Shown here piece by piece: positions 56,533-64,000 of a DNA stretch of 64,000 nucleotides. The translations under genes were made by a program, and so were the position numbers. Origin of the DNA: an uncultured Mailhella sp. Lineage in GTDB: Bacteria > Desulfobacterota > Desulfovibrionia > Desulfovibrionales > Desulfovibrionaceae. A model generated the notes under the pieces. It was not told where the DNA came from. It made no database searches and saw nothing but the letters and a program-made list of their open reading frames with translations. Each line of letters starts with the position of its first letter. Within the stretch, counting starts at the first letter, position 1. The stretch spans positions 1,551,137 through 1,615,136 of the forward strand of contig NZ_OZ007001.1 in assembly GCF_963931295.1 (NCBI RefSeq), given 5' to 3'.

Positions 56533-57972
56533 TCATTCCGCGGCCTGGAGACCGGCGGCCTTCGCCACCGCCAGCGCCGCGGCTCTGGTGAACTCTCCGG
56601 CGGGCAGCGCGGCGCGCTCTTCGGCCGTGAGCAGCAGCTTCGGATGATTCACCAGTTCCGGCCGGGCCTTCACGCCGTATTCGGCGGGGAAGGAGTCTTC
56701 AAAATACATGTTCTGGAATCCGGCGAACTTCAGGGCGTGCGCCGTGGAGTCGAGCACGCAGAATTCGTTCTCGCCGAGCAGGCCGAGTTCCTGCGCCTTC
56801 AGCATGCCGGCAAAGCTTTCGCCGCCCTGCGTGCAGGCGATGTGTCCGTGGCGGTTGGCCAGAATCATGGAGTCCATGATGGCCTGTTCGGTCACCTGCA
56901 CCACGTCGAAGCGGCCGCCGAGCGCCTCGAACTTCTCCACGAGATTGCGCACCCGGGGGAAGGACACCGGATTGCCTATCATGGCGGCCTGCGCCACGCT
57001 GGGCTGCACCGTCACGGCATGGTATTCGCGCTTTTCCCTGGGCTGGCTGTAGTATCTCCACACCGGATCGGCGTGTTCGGACTGCACGCCCACAATGTGC
57101 GGAAGTTCTTCAATGATGCCGAGGCGATACATCTTGAGACAGGCGGAAATCATGGACGTGATGTTGCCCGCGTTGCCTATGGGCATGAAGAGCGCCTTGT
57201 CCTTCATGTTCCAGGCGTACCACTGAGCCACTTCGTAGGCGTAGGATTCCTGACCGAGCACGCGCCAGCTGTTCTTGGAATTGAGAAGGGCCACGCGGTA
57301 GTGTTCGGCGAGGTATTCGACCACCTTCATGCAGTCGTCGAACACGCCGGGCACTTCCAGCACCTGCGCGCCGGAGCCGAGCGGCTGGGAAAGCTGGGCG
57401 GGGGTTACCTTGCCGTGGGGCAGCAGCACCACGGTGCGGATGGGCGCGCCCACATAGGCCCCGTACATGGCCGCCGCGGCCGAAGTATCGCCCGTGGAGG
57501 CGCAGATGGTGAGCACTTCCTTCCAGCCGTTTCTGCGCACGAGCGACCTGAGATAGCTGTACGCGCCGGCCATGCCGCGGTCCTTGAACGAGGCGCTGGG
57601 ATTCATGCCGTCGTTCTTGTAGGCGAAGCGGCGTCCCACCCTGGCCTGAAGCGCCGCCGACGCCTCGACGATGGGCGTGTCGCCTTCGCCGAGGTACACG
57701 ATGTCTTCTTCTTCCAGAACGGGAGCCATGAGTTCGTAGAAGCGGAACACCCCGCGCAGGGCCGTGGTACGGGTGGCTCGGCGGGCGTCGAACAGATCGC
57801 GCCAGTACTGCGCGCCCTTTGCCTTCATGTCGTCGAAGTCGAGATCCTCAAGAAGAAGGACTCCTCCGCAGTCGGGGCAGGTGTAGAGCAGGGCGTCCAC
57901 CGGATGGCGATGGCCGCAGTTCATGCATACGTATTCCATGCGCGCGCGGCGCGTGGGGAAATCCTGTGACAT
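56533..57972 (-). CDS. thrC: Threonine synthase
   Basis: LGEGDTP, NPSASFKDRGM, CASTGDTSAAAA, PIGNAGNI. Confidence 0.93.
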   Translation of the reverse strand: MSQDFPTRRARMEYVCMNCGHRHPVDALLYTCPDCGGVLLLEDLDFDDMKAKGAQYWRDLFDARRATRTTALRGVFRFYELMAPVLEEEDIVYLGEGDTPIVEASAALQARVGRRFAYKNDGMNPSASFKDRGMAGAYSYLRSLVRRNGWKEVLTICASTGDTSAAAAMYGAYVGAPIRTVVLLPHGKVTPAQLSQPLGSGAQVLEVPGVFDDCMKVVEYLAEHYRVALLNSKNSWRVLGQESYAYEVAQWYAWNMKDKALFMPIGNAGNITSMISACLKMYRLGIIEELPHIVGVQSEHADPVWRYYSQPREKREYHAVTVQPSVAQAAMIGNPVSFPRVRNLVEKFEALGGRFDVVQVTEQAIMDSMILANRHGHIACTQGGESFAGMLKAQELGLLGENEFCVLDSTAHALKFAGFQNMYFEDSFPAEYGVKARPELVNHPKLLLTAEERAALPAGEFTRAAALAVAKAAGLQAAE

Positions 57973-58075
57973 ATCATACTCCTGAGTGATGGTCGAATCT
58001 GAGGCGCAAGCATAGAATGTTTGCCGCCCGGCCGCAACAACTTCCGGGCCGGACGACAAAAAACGACGCGTCCGG

Positions 58076-58867
58076 TTAGATCCGGCGCACCGGCACGCCG
58101 GCCTTTTCCATGTAGTCCTTCAGCTCGGCGATGGTGTACTGGCCGTAATGAACGATGGAGGCCACGAGCGCCGCGGAAGCGCCGCCGCGGGTGACGGCGT
58201 CCACAAGATGCTGCGGCGCGCCCGCGCCGCCGGAAGCGATGACGGGAATGGTCACGGCGTCGCAGATTTTGCGGGTCAGGTTGAGCTCGTAGCCGTCGAG
58301 GGTGCCGTCGGCGTCGATGGAGTTCACGCACAGCTCGCCCGCGCCGAGTTCTTCGCAGCGACGCGCCCAGGCTATGGCGTCTATTCCCATGGGCTTGCGG
58401 CCGCCGTGAATGACGATTTCATAGCCAGAAGGGCAGGCTTCGCTCACAGGCACCTGCTTCACGTCCATGCCCACCACCACGGCCTGCGAACCGAAGGCGT
58501 CGGCGCCGCGGCTGATGAGGTAGGGATCCTTCACGGCCGCCGAGTTCACGGACACCTTTTCCGCGCCTGCGAGCAGCACGGCGCGCATGTCCTCCACGGA
58601 AGCGATGCCTCCACCCACGGAAAACGGAATGAAAATGTTGCTCGCCACCTTTTCGACCACGTCGAGAAAGATGCCGCGCGCCTCGCAGGAGGCCGTAATG
58701 TCGTAGAAGACTATTTCGTCCGCGCCTTCCTCATAGTAGCGGCGGGCGGTTTCCACCGGATCGCCGATGTCCACGTTGCCCGCGAACTTGACGCCCTTGG
58801 TGAGGCGTCCGTTGCGCACGTCGAGGCAGGGAATGAGTCGTTTGCTCAGATGGCTGATTTCAGACAC
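58076..58867 (-). CDS. hisF: Imidazole glycerol phosphate synthase cyclase subunit
   Basis: [45 protein letters not shown]. Confidence 0.97.
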   Translation of the reverse strand: MSEISHLSKRLIPCLDVRNGRLTKGVKFAGNVDIGDPVETARRYYEEGADEIVFYDITASCEARGIFLDVVEKVASNIFIPFSVGGGIASVEDMRAVLLAGAEKVSVNSAAVKDPYLISRGADAFGSQAVVVGMDVKQVPVSEACPSGYEIVIHGGRKPMGIDAIAWARRCEELGAGELCVNSIDADGTLDGYELNLTRKICDAVTIPVIASGGAGAPQHLVDAVTRGGASAALVASIVHYGQYTIAELKDYMEKAGVPVRRI

Positions 58868-59495
58868 GGGCGGCCTCCTGACAATAGCGGTAGAAGTTCG
58901 TCAGCAGCGCAAGCCCGGGGCGGCCGCTCTTTTCCGGATGAAACTGCACGGCCCACAGGCCCGGACGTCCGTACATGGCCGTGAACTCCACGCCGTAGCG
59001 GCACGTGGCGATGACGAGCTCCGGCGCGGGAACGGTGTAGTAGCTGTGCACGAAATAGAAACGGGCGTCGGGAGAAACTCCTTCCAGAAGCCGCGAGGGA
59101 CGGCGCACCTCAAGGGTGTTCCAGCCCATGTGCGGAATGCGGATGGGTTCCCCGCCGTCGCGCCATTCCGGCCGGAAGCGACGGCATTCGCCGGGCACGA
59201 TGCCGAGCGTTTCGGCGTTGTTTTCCTCGCTGCGTTCGAGCAGAATCTGGCAGCCGAGGCAGATGCCGAGCAGGGGCTTGCCTCTGGCGACCACCTCGCG
59301 CAGCACCTTGTCCATGCCCGTGGAGACGAGCTGATTCATGGCCTGACCGGCCGCGCCCACGCCGGGAAAGATCACGCCTTCCGCGGCAAGAATGACCGAA
59401 GGATCGGACGTAATTTCGGCGGGTATGTCCAGAGAACGCAGCGCCCTCAGAACGCTGGTCTGGTTCCCCGCCTTGTAATCGAGAATGGCAAGCAT
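58860..59495 (-). CDS. hisH: Imidazole glycerol phosphate synthase glutaminase subunit
   Basis: [36 protein letters not shown]. Confidence 0.97.
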   Translation of the reverse strand: MLAILDYKAGNQTSVLRALRSLDIPAEITSDPSVILAAEGVIFPGVGAAGQAMNQLVSTGMDKVLREVVARGKPLLGICLGCQILLERSEENNAETLGIVPGECRRFRPEWRDGGEPIRIPHMGWNTLEVRRPSRLLEGVSPDARFYFVHSYYTVPAPELVIATCRYGVEFTAMYGRPGLWAVQFHPEKSGRPGLALLTNFYRYCQEAARV

Positions 59496-59533
59496 CGGGA
59501 TGACCTGTGTTGTAAATGAACGGCTCCGAAGAG

Positions 59534-59713
59534 CTAGAAACTGATGCCGGTACGGGTCCGGCTCGACATGTGGGAAGGCGAACTTCCCGTTCTGAACACC
59601 GTGGTGATATCGCCATCGACCTTGACGCTGTCGAAGGTGTCTTCCTGCATGCAGCCCGTCAGAAAGAGCGTCGTCAGCATCAAAAGAGCGAGCGGCACAA
59701 GAAACGTTTTCAT
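59534..59713 (-). CDS. Small putative lipoprotein (59 aa)
   Basis: [21 protein letters not shown] lipobox; AGGAGG RBS. Confidence 0.6.
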   Translation of the reverse strand: MKTFLVPLALLMLTTLFLTGCMQEDTFDSVKVDGDITTVFRTGSSPSHMSSRTRTGISF

Positions 59714-59950
59714 GTCGCATCCTCCTGCGGTCATCATAACCAAGACGTAAAACAGCGCAAGCCCTTCCCCATCGGCGGAACAAAAAAGAAGTCGTATTTT
59801 CAATACTCTGATTTTATTGGTATTATTTTGTAAGATTAAAGAAAAAGCACGCATGACTTGACAGTTCTTCATCTCGGGTGCAAACATGCGTTTTACAATA
59901 ATGAAAAACTTGCCCCTTATGCAGGTTTTGCAACAGGAGAATTGCCCGCC

Positions 59951-60991
59951 ATGAAGAAGTCCCTGAACGTTGCTGTGTGCGGCGCTACCGGCGCCGTCGG
60001 CCGCGAAATGCTTAAAACCCTTGCCGAACGCCATTTTCCCTGCGCTTCCATCACCGCTCTCGCCTCCGCCCGTTCCGCCGGAACCCGCGTTCCCTTCGGA
60101 GACGACGAAATTACGGTCAAGGAACTGACGAAGGACTCCTTCAAGGGCATTGATCTGGCCATCTTTTCCGCCGGCGGCAGCGTATCCACCGAATTTGCGC
60201 CCTACGCCGTGGCGTCCGGCTGCGTGGTGGTGGACAATTCCAGCGCCTGGCGCATGGACGACCGCTGCCCCCTCGTCATTCCCGAAGTGAACCCCGACGA
60301 TCTGGAAAAGCACAACGGCATCATCGCCAACCCCAACTGCTCCACCATTCAGATGCTGGTGGCCCTCAAGCCCCTGCACGACGCTGCCAAGATCAAGCGC
60401 ATCATCGTGACCACCATGCAGGCCGTGAGCGGCACGGGCAAGAAGGGCATCGACGAACTCGAAACCCAGGTGCGCCGCCTCTTCAACATGCAGGATGTCG
60501 AACCCAAGGCCTACCCTCATCAGATCGCCTTCAACTGCCTGCCCCACATCGACGTCTTCCAGGCCAACGACTACACCAAGGAAGAAATGAAGATGGTGAA
60601 CGAAACGCACAAGATGCTCGATCCGAACATCCGCGTCACCGCCACGTGCGTCCGCGTTCCCGTGTTCTACGGCCATTCCGAATCCGTGAACATTGAAACG
60701 GAAAAGAAGCTCACCGCCGCCGAAGCCCGCGTCATTCTTTCCCAGGCTCCCGGCGTGCAGGTGGTGGACAACCCCCGCGCCAATCTCTATCCGCTCGCCA
60801 TCGACGCCGCCGGCGAAGACGACGTGTTCGTGGGCCGCATTCGTGAAGACGAAAGCTGCGACAACTCCCTGAACATGTGGATCGTGGCCGACAACGTGCG
60901 TAAGGGCGCTGCTCTCAACGCCGTGCAGATCGGCGAAGAACTGCTCAAGCGCGACCTCGTTTCCGTAGTCAATCCCAAGATGTTCCTGTAG
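59951..60991 (+). CDS. asd: Aspartate-semialdehyde dehydrogenase
   Basis: GATGAVG, VDNSSAWRM, IANPNCSTIQ, CVRVPVFYGHSE, DNVRKGAALNA. Confidence 0.97.
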   Translation: MKKSLNVAVCGATGAVGREMLKTLAERHFPCASITALASARSAGTRVPFGDDEITVKELTKDSFKGIDLAIFSAGGSVSTEFAPYAVASGCVVVDNSSAWRMDDRCPLVIPEVNPDDLEKHNGIIANPNCSTIQMLVALKPLHDAAKIKRIIVTTMQAVSGTGKKGIDELETQVRRLFNMQDVEPKAYPHQIAFNCLPHIDVFQANDYTKEEMKMVNETHKMLDPNIRVTATCVRVPVFYGHSESVNIETEKKLTAAEARVILSQAPGVQVVDNPRANLYPLAIDAAGEDDVFVGRIREDESCDNSLNMWIVADNVRKGAALNAVQIGEELLKRDLVSVVNPKMFL

Positions 60992-61007
60992 TCCTCCAAC
61001 CGACAGG

Positions 61008-61050
61008 AAAAAGGCCGCCGTTCCAGCAAAGGACGGCGGCCTTCTTTTTT
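61008..61050 (+). terminator. Terminator after asd
   Basis: AAGGCCGCCGT / ACGGCGGCCTT stem plus T-tract. Confidence 0.8.
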
Positions 61051-61725
61051 GCTTTCGACACGGAGCCGATGTTCCGAGACGCCGTCCGTCCCCAGGAGGG
61101 AAAACTGTGCCGCGCCCGAGAAGAAAAAGGCTCCCAAGGGAGAAAAAACGCGCCGGGAGGGACCATCGCCAGCGGACGCGGCCGCAAACGGCGAAGCGGC
61201 CATCCACGCCCAAGGAAACGGTTCGGGTGCGCGGAAGAGCCCCGGAGGCGAGAGAGGCGGGGATGGAGGCGGGAGACATGCCCCAGAGACGCGTGAAGTA
61301 TCGAAGGTCAGGAAGCCGAAAGGGCAAGAGACGAAGAGAGGCGCGAGGATAAGGAAGGAGGGGACGCCCGGAAGGACGTGACGTTGAAAAGGTCTTGCGC
61401 CGCAAGCAAGCCCCGCTGATCTCCGCATCCGGCGCTTCCGCCAGTGAAGACCGCATGTTTCCGCCCTGCATGCTCATGCGAAAATCCGCATCCGATGCCC
61501 GCGCAGACGCGCCGTCACGTTCAAGCCCCTTCCGCACACAGCGTTCCGTGCATGCGCTCGCCCCGCGCCGCACAGATGTCGCTCGAAACACCATTGCGCC
61601 GCCGCGCGCCGCCGACACACGCCATCGACAGCACTCCTGCTTGCCGCGCGACGTCCGCACAGACGAAAAAGCCGGAAGCAACCATCGTCGCTTCCGGCCG
61701 TTCGTCTTTGTCAGAACAAAGTCAA

Positions 61726-62631
61726 CTAGATGACCTTGTTCAGGCTGTATTCCAGAATGCCTTCCGCACCCAGCGCATGCAGCTGAGGAATCAGATCACG
61801 CACCACGTGAGTGTCCACCACGGTTTCCAGCGACACCCAGGCCGGATCGCGCAGCGAGGCCACGGTGGGGGAATTCAGGGCGGGCAGCAGGCCGAGAATG
61901 GCGTCAAGACGGGCGGTGGGCGCGTTCATCTTGAGGCAGACGAAGCTTTCCGCGCGCAGCGCGCCCTGCAGGAGCAGATCAATCTGCTCGATCTTGCGGC
62001 GGCTGTCGGGGTCGTTCCACACGTCGCGGTTGGCGATGAGCACGGTGTTGCTGGCCATCACTTCGTCGATGACGCGCAGGCCGTGCGCGCGAATGGTGGT
62101 TTCGGTTTCCGTCACTTCCACGATGGCGTCGGCCAGACCTTCCACAACCTTGGCTTCGGTCGCGCCCCAGGAATAATTAATCTGAACCGGCACGCCTTTC
62201 TTCTCGAAATAGCGGGTGCTTACGCCCACAAGTTCCGTGGAAATGCGCTTGCCTTCCAGGTCGGCCGCGCACTGATAGGGGGAATCGCCGGCCACGGCGA
62301 GCACCCAGCGGGCCTTGCGGTTCGACACCTTGGAATACACGAGGTCGGAAATCACCACCACGGGGGCGTCGCTGTCTTCCTTGCCGCCGTAGGAAACGCC
62401 GCGCTCTTCCAGCCAGTCCTTGCCGGTGAGGGCCACGTCGAGAATGCCGTTCTGAATGTATTCGGGAATTTCCTGCACGCGGCACAGACGGGCCGTCAGT
62501 TCAGGATCGTCGATATCGGGAAAATAGTTGCGGACATGTTTATGAATCTTCCACCCGGCTCTGTCGAAAAGGGCGATGGTGGCTTCTTCCAGAGAACCTT
62601 TGGGAATGCCGAGCTTGAGCTGAGCTTTCAT
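61726..62631 (-). CDS. hisG: ATP phosphoribosyltransferase (long form)
   Basis: LGIPKGSL, RVQEIP, ALTGKDW, GATEAK, ADAIVEVTETETT, C-terminal regulatory domain PALNSPTV. Confidence 0.95.
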   Translation of the reverse strand: MKAQLKLGIPKGSLEEATIALFDRAGWKIHKHVRNYFPDIDDPELTARLCRVQEIPEYIQNGILDVALTGKDWLEERGVSYGGKEDSDAPVVVISDLVYSKVSNRKARWVLAVAGDSPYQCAADLEGKRISTELVGVSTRYFEKKGVPVQINYSWGATEAKVVEGLADAIVEVTETETTIRAHGLRVIDEVMASNTVLIANRDVWNDPDSRRKIEQIDLLLQGALRAESFVCLKMNAPTARLDAILGLLPALNSPTVASLRDPAWVSLETVVDTHVVRDLIPQLHALGAEGILEYSLNKVI

Positions 62632-62641
62632 GAGATGAGCC

Positions 62642-63046
62642 TCACTTCTTGTACACTTCTGCAGGATCAAACACCTGCGGGCAGCAGATGGTCGCTTCGG
62701 AGCTGCCGGGCGTGAGCCGCCGATAAAAACAGCTGCTTCTGCCGGTGTGGCAGGCGGAACCGCCCACCTGCTCGATTTCCAGCACCACGGCGTCGGAATC
62801 GCAGTCGAGGCGGATGGCCTTAACTATCTGAACGTTGCCGGAACTTTCTCCCTTGTGCCACAGCTTCTGACGGCTGCGGCTCCAGTAATGGGCCTCGCCG
62901 GTGGCGAGCGTGGCGTCCCAGGCTTCCCGGTTCATCCAGGCAAGCATGAGCACTTCGCCGGTGGCGGCGTCCTGCGCCACGGCGGCGATGAGACCTCCGG
63001 ACTTGGAAAAATCGGGAACGAAGTCGGACGGAGCTTGAAACTTCAT
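62642..63046 (-). CDS. hisI: Phosphoribosyl-AMP cyclohydrolase
   Basis: [40 protein letters not shown]. Confidence 0.96.
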   Translation of the reverse strand: MKFQAPSDFVPDFSKSGGLIAAVAQDAATGEVLMLAWMNREAWDATLATGEAHYWSRSRQKLWHKGESSGNVQIVKAIRLDCDSDAVVLEIEQVGGSACHTGRSSCFYRRLTPGSSEATICCPQVFDPAEVYKK

Positions 63047-63118
63047 GGAACGATATCCTTCTGAAACGTGCGTTGTGAACGCCGTTATACGCTGCAATGA
63101 TGACGCCAGTGTGATGAT

Positions 63119-64000
63119 TTACTTGGCAAAGCCCACGGCGCGGCGCTCGCGGATGACCGTGACGCGTATCTGACCGGGATAGGTGAGGTTTTCCTCGATC
63201 TTGGCGGAAATGTCCTTGCAGAGCAGGTAGGTGCTGTCGTCGTCCACGTTGTCCGAATTGACGATGACGCGCAGCTCGCGGCCCGCCTGAATGGCGTAGG
63301 ACTTGGCCACGCCCTCAAAGGAATCGGCAATGTTTTCCAGATCTTCGAGGCGCTTGACGTAGTTCTCCAAAAGTTCCTTGCGCGCGCCGGGCCTTGCGCC
63401 GGAAAGAGAATCCGCCGCCTGCACGAGCACGGCAAGCGCCGTTTCGGGATGCACGTCCTCATGATGGGCGGCAATGGCGTGAACAATGTCCTTGCCTTCG
63501 CCGTACTTCTTGGCGATGTCCGCACCGATGAGCGCATGGGAGCCTTCCACTTCGTGATCCACGGCCTTGCCGATGTCGTGCAGGAGACCTGCGCGCTTGG
63601 CGCGCTTGATGTCCATGCCGAGTTCGGCGGCCATCATGCCGCAGAGGGCGGAAACTTCCAGAGAATGCTGAAGCACGTTCTGCGTGAAGCTCGTGCGGTA
63701 CTTGAGCTGACCGAGCAGACGGATGATGTCGGGATGAATGCCGTGAACGCCGGCGTCGAAGGTGGCCTGTTCGCCCACTTCGCGGATCTGCACTTCGAGT
63801 TCCTGCTCGCACTTATGAACCACGTCCTCGATGCGGGCGGGATGGATGCGGCCGTCCTGGATGAGGCGTTCAAGAGCCATGCGGGCCACCTGACGGCGGA
63901 TGGGGCTGTAGGCGGAAAGAATCACGGTTTCCGGCGTGTCGTCGATGATGAGATCCACGCCGGTGGCGGCTTCGAGCGCACGGATGTTGCGGCCTTCGCG
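63119..64000 (-). CDS. rny: Ribonuclease Y (KH + HD domains), 5' part outside window
   Basis: [65 protein letters not shown]. Confidence 0.96.
   Translation of the reverse strand, partial: REGRNIRALEAATGVDLIIDDTPETVILSAYSPIRRQVARMALERLIQDGRIHPARIEDVVHKCEQELEVQIREVGEQATFDAGVHGIHPDIIRLLGQLKYRTSFTQNVLQHSLEVSALCGMMAAELGMDIKRAKRAGLLHDIGKAVDHEVEGSHALIGADIAKKYGEGKDIVHAIAAHHEDVHPETALAVLVQAADSLSGARPGARKELLENYVKRLEDLENIADSFEGVAKSYAIQAGRELRVIVNSDNVDDDSTYLLCKDISAKIEENLTYPGQIRVTVIRERRAVGFAK

Noticed and set aside
60992-61725. ORFs of 70-213 aa in the asd-hisG spacer (and similarly 49556-50397, 33640-34117, 19055-19735)
   Set aside because: Low-complexity Arg/Pro/Ala translations without RBS or codon bias; treated as noncoding.
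1-64000. CRISPR arrays, tRNA/rRNA genes, integrases or IS elements
   Set aside because: No regularly spaced repeats, T-loop/cloverleaf signatures or recombinase/transposase motifs were seen.

Overview
GC-rich chromosomal window from a Desulfovibrionaceae-like anaerobe (inferred from gene content and protein style; Mailhella/Bilophila-like). Most of it is housekeeping: argC, argB, glnS, thiC, yajC-secD-secF, opgGH, rimP-nusA-ylxR-infB, thrC, hisF/H/G/I, asd and a partial rny. Two loci stand out. (1) 12.1-22.5 kb: a sigma-54-controlled locus with an unassigned glycyl radical enzyme (GCVST active-site loop, no Glu) and its activase. It is followed by a tandem pair of HesB/ErpA-like paralogs, one of which appears to be a selenoprotein (in-frame TGA plus SECIS-like hairpin, missed by the ORF track), and a DUF169 gene. 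A PAS-AAA+-Fis activator and an APC permease lie on the other strand. The GRE and permease promoters both have GG-N10-GC elements and the same 18-bp palindrome upstream. (2) 47-51 kb: a class III ribonucleotide reductase whose canonical glycyl-radical motif (RITGY) is in a separate 61-aa ORF, while the large subunit keeps only a degenerate copy (QIKGY). An EndoQ-UvrD fusion with an A10 run in its linker is also notable. I found no tRNA, rRNA, CRISPR array or mobile element. All calls come from reading motifs by eye; no database searches were run, and many starts were moved to the ATG/GTG behind a visible RBS.
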